Below are positions 39,192 through 48,925 of a stretch of DNA of 64,000 nucleotides, piece by piece. The stretch spans positions 416,001-480,000 of the forward strand of contig CAWFFU010000011.1 in the NCBI GenBank assembly GCA_963815215.1. The letters run 5' to 3'. This stretch comes from an uncultured Trueperaceae bacterium. Its GTDB lineage: Bacteria > Deinococcota > Deinococci > Deinococcales > Trueperaceae. The position numbers and the translations under genes were made by a program. The notes below the pieces were generated by a model, which ran no database searches, had not been told where the DNA came from, and worked only from the letters and a program-made list of their open reading frames with translations. Each line of letters starts with the position of its first letter. The stretch's first letter is position 1.

Positions 39192-40429
39192 ACCGGCTCA
39201 GCATCCGGCTCGCGCTCGCCATGCTGTTGGTGGCGATCGTCTCCTTCGCGGCCGTCCCGGTCGCGGAGACGATCGCCTCGCGCACCACCTTCGCAAGCCT
39301 TCCCAGCGCCTTCCGGAAGCAGGTCATCGAGCGCACCACACCCCATCTGTTCTTCCGGACACCGTCGGGTCCCCACCAGGTCGGCGCCTCCGGGAGCCGG
39401 CTCCCGCGGCCCCCGACCGCCGCCGACGGTGAGGCCACCGACCAGGCGCTCGCCACCCAGAACGAACGACTCTTCGAGCTGCTCGGCTCGTTCCGTGCCG
39501 CGCAGCAACGAGCGGTCGTCATCGGCGTCGCCGCCGCCCTGCTGCTGGGCGTCCTACTCGCCCTGGCGCTCTCGCGCAACATCGCCGTCCCCTTCGAGGC
39601 GCTCACGCGAGCCGCTTCCAAGATCGCCGCCGGTGACTTCGGGACGCGCATGGGCCTCCGCGGTCGGCGCCTGCAGACCCGCGAGGCACGCCAGCTCACC
39701 GATGGCTTCAACGCCATGGCCGCGTCGCTGGAGACGTACGAGCATGAACGCAAGGCCATGGTGGCCGATATCGCCCATGAGCTCCGAACCCCCTTGGCGA
39801 CCATGCAGATGCGCCTGGATGCCATCCAGGACGGCCTCGTGCCCTGGGACGACAGCGAAGCGGAGCTCCTGAAGCTACACATGCGCCAGCTCGCGCGTCT
39901 GGTGGACGATCTGCGCGTCCTCTCGCTGGCCGACGCGGGCCGGCTCTCACTGCGACTCGAGGACGTGGAGCTGCGCGAGTGGCTCGACGGCGTGAGTGAG
40001 GCCCTGCGCGACGTGGCTCGGCGGGGCGGTTGCGACCTGGAGATCGACGCGACCTCCGCCGATCTGTGGGTGCGCGCCGATGCCGACCGGCTGTACCAGA
40101 TCCTGCGCAACCTGGTGGACAACGCCGCTGAGGCGATGGAGAGTGGCGGGGCGGTCCGCGTCAGCCTGCGTTTCGAAGGCTCCGAAGCGGTGTGGAGCGT
40201 CCGCGACCGAGGACCGGGCATCGACCCCTCCCAGATCGGCACCCTCTTCGAGCGCTTCTCCCACGGCCGTCGACGCGACACCCGAGGGGGAGCGGGCCGG
40301 GGCCTGGGCCTCGCCATCGTCCGTACCCTGGCTCTGCTACAGGGCGGCTCGGTGACGGCCGCCAACGTCGAGCCGGGAGCCGAGTTCACGGTCCGGCTGC
40401 CCGCCACCGAGGCCCCGGGCGCAAGCTAG
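39188..40429 (+). CDS. Sensor histidine kinase (BaeS-like, HAMP)
   Basis: Two TM segments, DIAHELRTPL, NLVDNA, DRGPGI, GRGLGL. Confidence 0.93.
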   Translation: MNRLSIRLALAMLLVAIVSFAAVPVAETIASRTTFASLPSAFRKQVIERTTPHLFFRTPSGPHQVGASGSRLPRPPTAADGEATDQALATQNERLFELLGSFRAAQQRAVVIGVAAALLLGVLLALALSRNIAVPFEALTRAASKIAAGDFGTRMGLRGRRLQTREARQLTDGFNAMAASLETYEHERKAMVADIAHELRTPLATMQMRLDAIQDGLVPWDDSEAELLKLHMRQLARLVDDLRVLSLADAGRLSLRLEDVELREWLDGVSEALRDVARRGGCDLEIDATSADLWVRADADRLYQILRNLVDNAAEAMESGGAVRVSLRFEGSEAVWSVRDRGPGIDPSQIGTLFERFSHGRRRDTRGGAGRGLGLAIVRTLALLQGGSVTAANVEPGAEFTVRLPATEAPGAS

Positions 40430-40505
40430 CGAACCCCCTTCGCCCGAGCGCCGCTGCGCCCGTGCGCGACACCGCGGGAACGGGCTCGCCACCGCGACCC
40501 TGCGG

Positions 40506-40563
40506 CATCCAAACGAACCGCAAACATCCTCTCAGTCACATCCAAACGGCGCCCGGCCACGAT
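40506..40563 (+). promoter_or_regulatory. Phased CAAAC boxes plus a -10-like hexamer upstream of the efflux operon
   Basis: CAAAC at 40510, 40521 and 40543; CACGAT at 40558, the same 15-nt offset as in the 38217 promoter. Confidence 0.65.
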
Positions 40564-40648
40564 GGCTCCATAGGGCACGGAGTACCCGCGCCGGAATGGA
40601 GCACGCCATGACGCCCTCATCCAGAACGATCCCCGCCTCCCAGGGAGG

Positions 40649-42079
40649 TTGACCGTGAGCAGCCCCGCAGCGATCCAACCGCGCCACCCTCGCCGCCGCG
40701 CCCGCCTCGTCGTCATCGCGGTCCTCGTGGCAGGAGCGCTCGTAGCGGGCCTGTTGGCCCTCGGCGTGATCCCCTGGCCGTTGCGCAGCGCACCCGCCGA
40801 GACCGCCAGCGTGCAGACGATGACCGTGACCACCACGAGTTACCGCGTCACCGTCGCGGGTCCCGGATCCCTCGAGGCCGCCCGCACGCTCGACGTCACC
40901 AACGAAACCGCCGGCACCATCGCCAAACTCGCCAGCGTGGGGCAGCGCGTGGCCAAGGGCGACGTCCTGGCCCAGCTCGACCCGACGCCGCACGAGCGCG
41001 CGCTACGCGACGCCAACCTGGCCCTCCAGAAGGCTCAAGTGCAGCAGGCGGCACTTCAGGCGAACCAGGACGATAACGCCGCCACCGTCGTCAAGCAGAT
41101 CGCGGAGGCCCAGGCCACCGTGACCGCCCAGGAGCGTTCGGTCTCCCGCGCCGGCGACACCGTCGCCCTGCAGGAGCGGCTGTTGGGGCTCGGCGCGGTC
41201 AGCGCGTCGGAGGCCCAGACCGCCCGCGACGACCTCGCCGACGCCACCCGCTCGCTCACCGACGCGCACCGCTCGCTCGCGAACCTCCAGGCGTCGCGAG
41301 AGCTCCAGGCGACCTCGGCGGCCCAGAACCTCAAGAACGCCCAGCTCGCCGTCGAACAACAGCGGATCGCCGTCGAGCAGGCACAGGAGGACCTCGATGC
41401 CATCACCACCACGGCGCCCTTCGACGGCGTCGTCGCCAGCGTCGCCACCGAGGTCGGCGCCTACGTGCCCGAGGACGGGACCGTCCTCACCCTGATCGAC
41501 GACACCAGCCTCGAGCTGCCCGCTCAGATCGACGAGACCGAGATCTCCAAAGTGAAGGTCGGCCAGAGCGCCTCGGTCACGCTCGACGCCATGCCCGATC
41601 GGACCTTCACGGGCACCGTCACGGCGATCGCCCCCACGGGCGAGTCCGTGTCGAACATCCCCATCTTCAAGGTGACGGTCTCGCTCGCGAACACGGACCT
41701 CGCGCTGCGCCCCGGCATGACGGCCGAAGCCGACATCGTCGTGCGGAACGTCGCCAACGCCGTCACGCTGCCACTGACCGCGCTGCAGGAGCTCCCTACC
41801 GGCACGCCGGCCGCCGCTTCGACCGCCCCCAGGGCCGACCTTCGCGCCGTGATGGTGCAGCAGCCGGATGCCAGCTTCGCCCCGGCCACCGTCGAGCTGG
41901 TCGACTCGGTGGGTTACAACGCCGTCGTCAGCGGCAAGCTGCGCCAGGGTGACGTAGTGCTGTTGACCTCCTCCGCGAGAACGACGCCTTCGAGCCCGAC
42001 CGGCACCGCCACCCAGCGCACGGGGAACCCCACGGGCATCCCAGGCATGGGCGCCGGCGGCGGGCGAGGCATGCCGTGA
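40649..42079 (+). CDS. Efflux periplasmic adaptor (MacA/HlyD-like)
   Basis: N-terminal TM, GQRVAKGDVLAQLD, long coiled coil, APFDGVV, IDETEI, LRPGMTA. Confidence 0.92.
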   Translation: MTVSSPAAIQPRHPRRRARLVVIAVLVAGALVAGLLALGVIPWPLRSAPAETASVQTMTVTTTSYRVTVAGPGSLEAARTLDVTNETAGTIAKLASVGQRVAKGDVLAQLDPTPHERALRDANLALQKAQVQQAALQANQDDNAATVVKQIAEAQATVTAQERSVSRAGDTVALQERLLGLGAVSASEAQTARDDLADATRSLTDAHRSLANLQASRELQATSAAQNLKNAQLAVEQQRIAVEQAQEDLDAITTTAPFDGVVASVATEVGAYVPEDGTVLTLIDDTSLELPAQIDETEISKVKVGQSASVTLDAMPDRTFTGTVTAIAPTGESVSNIPIFKVTVSLANTDLALRPGMTAEADIVVRNVANAVTLPLTALQELPTGTPAAASTAPRADLRAVMVQQPDASFAPATVELVDSVGYNAVVSGKLRQGDVVLLTSSARTTPSSPTGTATQRTGNPTGIPGMGAGGGRGMP

Positions 42080-42813
42080 AGCCGACCGTCCTCTCGCTCC
42101 AGGACATCACCAAGGCGTACCCTTCGGGCGGCAGCGAGTTCTGGGCCCTGAAAGGCGTGTCGTTCGAGGTGACGGCCGGCGAGATGGTCGCTCTGATGGG
42201 ACCGTCCGGCTCGGGCAAGTCGACGTTGATGAACATCCTCGGCATCCTCGACCGGCAGACGAGCGGGCGCTACCTGCTGAACGGCACCGACGTCACCGAT
42301 CTGAACGAGGACACGCGCGCCGAGGCCCGCAACCACGCCATCGGCTTCGTGTTCCAGGCCTTCCACCTGCTGCCCCGCGCCAGCCTGCTCGAGAACGTCG
42401 AAGTCCCGCTGACCTATGCCGGGGTACGGCCCCGTGCACGCCGCGAGCGCGCCATGGAGCTGCTCGAGCGCGTCGGCCTCGCCGACAAGAAGTCCAGCAC
42501 ACCGTCCGCCATCTCCGGTGGCCAGAAGCAACGCGTGGCGGTCGCCCGGGCCCTGGCCATGAGTCCCGCCCTGCTGCTCGCCGACGAGCCTACCGGCAAC
42601 CTCGACAGCACCACCGGCAACGAGATCATGGGACTCATCCACGACCTCAACGCCGAGGGGGCCACCATCCTGCTCGTCACGCACGAGCACGACATCGCCG
42701 ATCAGGCCGCCCGCACCATCGTGCTGCGCGACGGTCGGATCGAGAGCGATACGCGCCAGGCGCCGCGCCTGCCGGTGGCGATGGACCGGACCGTAGCGAC
42801 GAGGGCGCCGTGA
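42076..42813 (+). CDS. ABC ATPase (MacB/LolD type)
   Basis: GPSGSGKS, GFVFQAFHL, SGGQKQRV, ADEPTGNLD. Confidence 0.94.
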   Translation: MKPTVLSLQDITKAYPSGGSEFWALKGVSFEVTAGEMVALMGPSGSGKSTLMNILGILDRQTSGRYLLNGTDVTDLNEDTRAEARNHAIGFVFQAFHLLPRASLLENVEVPLTYAGVRPRARRERAMELLERVGLADKKSSTPSAISGGQKQRVAVARALAMSPALLLADEPTGNLDSTTGNEIMGLIHDLNAEGATILLVTHEHDIADQAARTIVLRDGRIESDTRQAPRLPVAMDRTVATRAP

Positions 42814-44111
42814 GCGACCTCCACCTGACCCGTCCGACCGAGGCGGCGTCCGTAACGCAACCGAAGCGCCCACGGGTGCGGGTCCAGCCCCGTGAGGTGC
42901 TGGCCATCGCCTGGCGCAGCATCCGCGCCAACGTCATGCGCAGCGTCCTCACGACCATCGGGGTCGTGATCGGGGTCGCCGCTGTAGTCGCCCTCACCTC
43001 CATCGGGGCCGGCGTCACGGCGAGGATCACGAGCAGCATCGCCAGCCTCGGCACCAATCTCCTAACGGTCCAGAGTGGCTCCGCCGGGTTCCACCCGGGG
43101 CTCGTACGTAGCGCGCCGACCCAGAGGGTCACCGTCGGCGACGCTGAGGCCATCGTGGCGCTGAACGATCCGCGCGCCGCGGGCATCGCCCCGGTGGCGC
43201 AGACCAGCACCCAGGTCAAGGCGGGCGCCAACAACCTCAACGCCACCGTGCTGGGAACGTGGGCCAGTTACGCCGATGTGCGCAACAGCCAACCCGAGAC
43301 CGGCACCTTCTTCAGCACGCTCGACGTCGATAACCGCAACCGCGTCGCCGTCATCGGCTCCGACATCGCCAGCGAGCTCTTCCCGGGTCGAGCGGCGGTC
43401 GGTTCCACGCTGCAGATCAAGGGCGTGTCCTACGAGGTGGTAGGGGTCCTGCCCGACAAGGGCAACAGCTTCGGAAGCACCAACGACAGCGTGCTCATCC
43501 CGCTCTCCACCTTCCTGCAACGTGTCCATCGCGATTCGCTGCTCGGCTCCACGACCCTGTCCGCCATCTACGTCGAGGCCACCAGTCCCGACACCATCGA
43601 CGGTCTCCAGAGCCAGCTGACCCAGCTCATCGCCGGCCGCCACGGGACGCTGAGCGCGAGCGAGTACGACTTCCGGATCCAGAACCAGACCGACAGCTTG
43701 GAATCGCTCAACAGCGTGACCCGGACGCTCACCCTCTTCCTCGGCGCGATCGCGGGCATCAGCCTGCTGGTCGGAGGCATCGGAATCATGAACATCATGC
43801 TGGTATCGGTCACCGAGCGCACGCGTGAGATCGGTGTCCGCAAGGCCCTCGGGGCGAAGCCGCGGCACATCCTGGCGCAGTTCCTGACCGAGTCCATCGT
43901 GCTGTCGGTCGGTGGCGGCGTGCTCGGCGTCGCGCTCGGGCTCGCCATCGCCCTGCTGATCGTCCCCCACTTCGGGATCACTGCGGTCCCGTCGATGGGA
44001 AGCGCGCTGATGGCGTTCGCGTTCGCGGTCACGGTCGGTGTGTTCTTCGGCTACTACCCGGCCCGCCGCGCCGCCGCACTCGATCCCGTGGCCTCCCTGA
44101 GGTACGAGTGA
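42810..44111 (+). CDS. ABC permease (MacB/FtsX type)
   Basis: RSVLTTIGVVIG, GGIGIMNIMLVSVTERTREIG, LDPVASLRYE. Confidence 0.94.
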   Translation: MSDLHLTRPTEAASVTQPKRPRVRVQPREVLAIAWRSIRANVMRSVLTTIGVVIGVAAVVALTSIGAGVTARITSSIASLGTNLLTVQSGSAGFHPGLVRSAPTQRVTVGDAEAIVALNDPRAAGIAPVAQTSTQVKAGANNLNATVLGTWASYADVRNSQPETGTFFSTLDVDNRNRVAVIGSDIASELFPGRAAVGSTLQIKGVSYEVVGVLPDKGNSFGSTNDSVLIPLSTFLQRVHRDSLLGSTTLSAIYVEATSPDTIDGLQSQLTQLIAGRHGTLSASEYDFRIQNQTDSLESLNSVTRTLTLFLGAIAGISLLVGGIGIMNIMLVSVTERTREIGVRKALGAKPRHILAQFLTESIVLSVGGGVLGVALGLAIALLIVPHFGITAVPSMGSALMAFAFAVTVGVFFGYYPARRAAALDPVASLRYE

Positions 44112-45511
44112 TGCGTGTCCTCCCGGTCCTCCTCGCCACAGCCGCCCTCCTGACGGCCGCGCTTGCGGCCGCCCAGGGAACGGCAGGCGGAACCGACGCC
44201 ACCACCACGACGGCCGCACCGACGACCGCACCGACCGGTGAGGCGCGGTCCGCCACCGGCGCCAACCTGACCTTCGAGCAGGCCCTGCGATCGGCGATGA
44301 GCGCACCCGACGTGCAGAGCGCCGAGGCCGGCCTCACCATCGCCCGCAGCCGGCTGGCGGCGCGCACCGCCACCGTTCAGGGCAACGTCTCGGTCGACGC
44401 CGGTTCGAGCTGGGACCTCGCCAACGGCGGGAACACGCTCTCCGCCAGCGTCGGCGCCAACGCGACGTTCAACGTGCTGCCCTACGGCCCCTCCCAGGAC
44501 GCGCTCGACCGGGCGCAGGCCAGCGTGACCCGTGCGCAAGCCGCGCTGCGCTCGACGACCGGCGCCACCGTGGTCGCGGTGGCCACCGAGTACCTGACCG
44601 CGCTGCGGGCCGACCAGCAGGTCACCGTGCAGCAGGAGGCGCTGGCCCTGGCCCAGGCGAAGCTGCAGGCCGAGCAGGCCCGCAACCAGGCGGGCGCCGC
44701 CAGCGACGCCGACGTGCTGGCCGCCCAGCTCGATGTCGCCGGCGCCGCCGACGATCTCGCCAGTGCCCAGCGCAGCGCGCGTCGGGCCCTCTCAGCCCTC
44801 TCCCAGACGCTCGGCGTGCAGGTCGGCGCCGCGGACGGGGGAACCGGCGCCGCGATCGACGCCGCGGCACTGACCGCCGACGCCGACCTGTCCAAACGCA
44901 ACGACGTCATCGGCGCCACCCTCGACGTCGCGTCGGCCCGGCTCGACCTCCAGGGAGCCCGGCGCGACGCCGGGATCAGCCTCGACACCGCGCTCAGTTT
45001 CAGCGGCTCGACCGACACCACAGGCGTCAAGCTCTCGGCCGGATTCGACACCGCCAGCTTCCAGCCCACGGTCGGGGCCACGGTGAGCGTCACTACCGGT
45101 GGCAGCGCCTCCAGCTCGCTGAGCGCGGGCGTGGGGCTCAGCATCCCCATCGACGGCGGCAGCGGCGCCACCCTCGCCGCCTACCAGACGGCGCTCGAGC
45201 TCGCCAACGCGCAACTGGTGCGTACCCGCGACGCCGCCTCGGTCGACGTCGCCGACGCCCGGCGCAACCTCGAGGGCGAGGCCCAACAGCTGAGCCTGCA
45301 GGAGCAGCTCGCGGCTCAGGCCGAAACCATCCTCGAGCAGACACGACAGCGCTTCGAGCTGGGCCTCGTCTCCGTTCTCGACGTCCAGACCGCCAGCCTC
45401 TCGCTCCACCAGGCCCAGCTCGCCCGGGATCGTTCCGGCGACGCCGTGCTCATCGCCGGGGTCCAGCTCGCCCAGGCCATGGCCCTCGACCCCATGGAGG
45501 TCCTCAAGTGA
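44108..45511 (+). CDS. TolC-like outer membrane efflux protein 1
   Basis: Signal peptide, alternating helical repeats and beta-strand segments, RFELGLVSVLDV; coupled to the permease gene. Confidence 0.75.
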   Translation: MMRVLPVLLATAALLTAALAAAQGTAGGTDATTTTAAPTTAPTGEARSATGANLTFEQALRSAMSAPDVQSAEAGLTIARSRLAARTATVQGNVSVDAGSSWDLANGGNTLSASVGANATFNVLPYGPSQDALDRAQASVTRAQAALRSTTGATVVAVATEYLTALRADQQVTVQQEALALAQAKLQAEQARNQAGAASDADVLAAQLDVAGAADDLASAQRSARRALSALSQTLGVQVGAADGGTGAAIDAAALTADADLSKRNDVIGATLDVASARLDLQGARRDAGISLDTALSFSGSTDTTGVKLSAGFDTASFQPTVGATVSVTTGGSASSSLSAGVGLSIPIDGGSGATLAAYQTALELANAQLVRTRDAASVDVADARRNLEGEAQQLSLQEQLAAQAETILEQTRQRFELGLVSVLDVQTASLSLHQAQLARDRSGDAVLIAGVQLAQAMALDPMEVLK

Positions 45512-46575
45512 ACCGCTCCACCCCACCCCTGCTCGCCCTCGCGCTCGCCGCCATTCTCGGCATCGCGGGCACCGTCACGGCTCAGAGCGCCCCCGCCGCC
45601 CAGGGCGCGGCCACCACCTCGGACGCGCAGGCGATCTCACTGACCCAGACGCTCTCCGCCGCAGTCGAGCGCGCAGCGGACGTCATCACCGCCCGCAGCA
45701 CGCTGCAGGCGGCCCAACGCACGCTCGAGCGAACCCAGGCGGACCCGCTCGCCCTGAAGGTCGGTCTCCTCACCGCACAGAATGCCGCAGCCCAGGCCCA
45801 GCAGGTACTCGCCACGGCCGAGGCGACGGTACGCAAGAGCGCGGCCCAGGCGTACACCGCGCTGATCGAGGCCGACACGGCCCGCGCCGAGGCGCGCGAG
45901 GCCGAGGCCATCGCGAGCGCCAAGCTCGAAGCCACGCAGGCCAAGCAGGATGCAGGCGCCGCCACCTCGATCGACGTGGCCGAGGCCAAGGACACACTGG
46001 CATCGGCCCAGCGCGACAGCCGTGAAGCGGCGACCGACTACGATCTCGCTCTGAGCGAGCTGCAGACACAGACGGGCCTGGACGCCGGCGCCCTGATCGC
46101 CCTCAGCCCGTCGGATCTCCCGGCCGTTCCGAGCCTAGAGGACGCGCTCCGCGAAGCCCGCGGCTCCAGCGCCTCCCTCCAGGGAGCCACGCGCAAGCTC
46201 GCGCTGGCCCAGGCCCAGCTCGCCGCCGTCGACAACGCCTTCAGCGCCGCCTCGGACATCGAATCCGCCCGTGACGATGTTGCCGCCGCCAGAACCGCCC
46301 TCGACGCCGCCGCCTCCAACGTCGATGTGACGGTGGGCCAGGCGTTCGCCGGCGTCACCGCCGCCCAGCACCGCTACACGAGCGCGCAGGAGAGCCTCGC
46401 CACGTCCTCCGAGGACCTCGCCGCGCAGAAGGCCCGATCCGACGCCGGCACCCTCGCGCCGCTCGCCTATCAGGAGGTCCGCTTGAGCCACGCCAGGACG
46501 GTGGCTTCGGCCGCCACCACCCTCCACGACTGGATCCTGGCCGCCTTCGACCTGCAGCTCGCCATCCTGAAGTGA
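45508..46575 (+). CDS. TolC-like outer membrane efflux protein 2 (mostly helical)
   Basis: Signal peptide, two OEP-like repeats (DAGAATSIDV, DAGTLAPL). Confidence 0.7.
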   Translation: MNRSTPPLLALALAAILGIAGTVTAQSAPAAQGAATTSDAQAISLTQTLSAAVERAADVITARSTLQAAQRTLERTQADPLALKVGLLTAQNAAAQAQQVLATAEATVRKSAAQAYTALIEADTARAEAREAEAIASAKLEATQAKQDAGAATSIDVAEAKDTLASAQRDSREAATDYDLALSELQTQTGLDAGALIALSPSDLPAVPSLEDALREARGSSASLQGATRKLALAQAQLAAVDNAFSAASDIESARDDVAAARTALDAAASNVDVTVGQAFAGVTAAQHRYTSAQESLATSSEDLAAQKARSDAGTLAPLAYQEVRLSHARTVASAATTLHDWILAAFDLQLAILK

Positions 46576-46597
46576 GGCGGCGGGCGGCGATCGGAGC

Positions 46598-47194
46598 TCA
46601 CCCCGGTTCGGACGCCGCCCCCGCCAGCGCTGCATGATGCATCGCGATCAGCCGCTCGAAGCTGACGTCCAGATCGAGCGGGAGACCGAAGCCGCCGGCA
46701 CTCTCGAGCGCGACGAAACCGTGCAGCGAGCTGCGCAACGCCCGCGTGGCGTGGAGGGCTTCGTCGCCCTCGAGGGCATACCCCTGCAGCACACTCACCA
46801 CTACTTGCACCAGCCTCTCGGCGGCCGCCGCGGCGGCCTGCCGGTCCCGCGCGGACGTCGACGCATCGCCCGCGGCGCTCAGGGTCAGGGCGTAGAGACC
46901 CGGGTGTCGATGGGCGAACGCGCGGTACGCCTGCGCCAGCGCGACCAACGCGTCGCGCCCGGACCGGCCTACCGCGGCCCGCTGCAGGCCCTGCTCCAGG
47001 GCTTCCAGGCCCCTGAACCGGAGCGCACCGCGCAGATCGCCGAGTCCGTCGATGTGGTTGTACAGCGACGGCGTCCGCACGCCCAAAGCCTGCGCCAGCG
47101 CGGCCAGGGACAACGCCGACGGGCCCTCCCGGTCGAGGATCTCGGCGGCCCGCTCGACCAGCCGCTCCCGCGTGACGCCGGGTCTACGCGCCAC
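46598..47194 (-). CDS. TetR family regulator (WHG-like C-terminus)
   Basis: LSLAALAQALGVRTPSLYNH, AYRAFAHRHPGLY, SSLHGF; GTG overlaps the upstream gene end. Confidence 0.9.
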   Translation of the reverse strand: MARRPGVTRERLVERAAEILDREGPSALSLAALAQALGVRTPSLYNHIDGLGDLRGALRFRGLEALEQGLQRAAVGRSGRDALVALAQAYRAFAHRHPGLYALTLSAAGDASTSARDRQAAAAAAERLVQVVVSVLQGYALEGDEALHATRALRSSLHGFVALESAGGFGLPLDLDVSFERLIAMHHAALAGAASEPG

Positions 47195-48116
47195 GCCGCG
47201 TCCGCTCGAGGAACGCGAGCACGGGCGTGGCAACAGCCTCTGGCATCTCGCTGTGCGGGTAGTGGCCGGCTCCCTCGATCATCAACGACTCGCCCCGGAG
47301 GCCGTCGGCCAGCCGGCGAGCCTCGTCGGCCGGATCGGTGAAGTCGGGGTCCTTGCTGCCCATCACCACTAGCGTGGGCGCCGCCACCTCAGCGAGGCGC
47401 TGTGCGATGTCGGGCTCGCTACTGAACATCATGGCCTTGACAGCCTCGAAGCGCCCTGGCTCTGCCAGGTTGGCGCGCAGCGCGGCCCGGTAGGCGCGGA
47501 AGTCCGCGGGCTTGCGGGTCGGGAAGAGGGTGCCGAAGTACGCGCTCCAGGCCGCCACCTTCCAGGGGCCCGCGAACAGCACCCGTGTCAGCGCCTGCAG
47601 CAGCGGCTTCGCCGGTTGCGGCAGCACGAACGGACCGATGAGCACCAAGGCGTCGACCGCGTCCGGCCGCTCGGCGGCCGCCCAAACGGCGGGCGCGGCA
47701 GAGAACGAGTTGCCGACGATGGTGGCGGGCCCCGCATCCAACGCCTCGATGAGCGCCAGAAGGTCGCCGCCCGCGGCCTTCCTGCCGTAGTCGTCCCACC
47801 CCACGCTCGAGCCTCCGTGGCCGCGCAGGTCGAGGCTCACCGTCCGGTAGCCGGCGGCCACCAGCTCGCGAGCGAGGAACCGGTACTCCTGCCGAAGGTC
47901 GCCCAGGCCCGGTACCAGGACCACCAGCGGACCGGTCCCCTCGTCGTCGTAGGCAAGCGTGCCGCCTTCGACCTGGAGACGCCGCTCGGACGCTCCCTTG
48001 GCGGGCCCGGTCGACGCGGTGTGGGTCGACGCGGTGCCGGTCGAGGCGGTGCCGAGGGTCGACGGAGGCGGCGTGACCCCTTCTCTGTTCGGATCTGTTC
48101 CGTTCGTGGAAAACAT
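47184..48116 (-). CDS. Alpha/beta hydrolase
   Basis: DLRGHG, GNSFS, GSKDPD, AGHYPH. Confidence 0.9.
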   Translation of the reverse strand: MFSTNGTDPNREGVTPPPSTLGTASTGTASTHTASTGPAKGASERRLQVEGGTLAYDDEGTGPLVVLVPGLGDLRQEYRFLARELVAAGYRTVSLDLRGHGGSSVGWDDYGRKAAGGDLLALIEALDAGPATIVGNSFSAAPAVWAAAERPDAVDALVLIGPFVLPQPAKPLLQALTRVLFAGPWKVAAWSAYFGTLFPTRKPADFRAYRAALRANLAEPGRFEAVKAMMFSSEPDIAQRLAEVAAPTLVVMGSKDPDFTDPADEARRLADGLRGESLMIEGAGHYPHSEMPEAVATPVLAFLERTRRGA

Positions 48117-48117
48117 G

Positions 48118-48143
48118 ATTAGGTTATATACTAATGTCCTTAG
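48118..48143. promoter_or_regulatory. AT-rich promoter/operator of the hydrolase-TetR pair
   Basis: ATTAG...CTAAT and CTAA...TTAG inverted repeats directly before the ATG. Confidence 0.55.
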
Positions 48144-48164
48144 TTCGTCAACCCCTCCATGCCC

Positions 48165-48520
48165 CGCTCCTGGTCGGCATACCGACCCTGGCCGACCAAC
48201 GCCTGACGCAGGGGGCGCTGGCTTTCGGCCTGCTCATGCCCGCGTTCTCGGGCGGCAACCTGATCGGCTACCTGCTGGCCGGATCGCTGCCCCGCATCGC
48301 CGGCAGGGCCAGGCCGATCCTGATCGCCGCGCTCTTCGCGGCCTTCGGAACGGTCATCGGATCGCTCGGCTTCATCGCGTCCACCTGGGTCGACTTCGGT
48401 CCGCTGTTCGGGCTAGGGGTGGGCAACGGTTACGTCGCCATCCTGCTGTACACGTGGGTGCAGACGCGTACGCCCAGGGCCATGCCGGGGCGCATGATGA
48501 GCATCCTGATGCTCGCCGGC
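48165..48520 (+). pseudogene. Internal fragment of an MFS transporter
   Basis: About four TM segments and QTRTPRAMPGRMMS; homology ends at a 12-bp tandem duplication (48517-48540). Confidence 0.7.
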
Positions 48521-48770
48521 ACCGACCGCGGCACCGACCGCGGTCGGAACGAGCGAAGCGTGAACCTGTGGGGCTCACGCGCGTGCAGAGCGCTCCTGCA
48601 GCAGGGCAATCGTCCCTGCCGGGGCCGGTGGCAGGCGCCTACCATCGAGGGCACGGCATGGCCGAGAACCCGGGCTTCGCAGCTCCGCGGTCGCGATCAC
48701 GGAGGACCTCGAGCCCGCTCCCGGCCCCACACCGGCGCGCATGCGCACGGGCACGACGCGTCCGCGGATC

Positions 48771-48875
48771 GGGCTTCAGCTCGCGCTGCTCGACCTGGCA
48801 TTCGGAGTGACCTTCGAGCGCGCCCGTAACCTCGTCGTTCCCTCCGTGGCCCACGTGCCGGTGAACGGCCTCGAT
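48771..48875 (+). pseudogene. C-terminal remnant of a CPBP protease
   Basis: LAFGVTFERARNLVVPSVAHVPVN resembles the final HxxxN motif of the family. Confidence 0.5.
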
Positions 48876-48925
48876 TGTGTTCCGCGGCCGCAGGCCGCGC
48901 AACCGGGAGAAGGGGTACCGACTTC

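Noticed and set aside
48005..48062. 15-bp repeats (TASTG/TASTH) in the hydrolase N-terminus as a functional element
   Set aside because: Only about three copies in a disordered leader; ordinary slippage.
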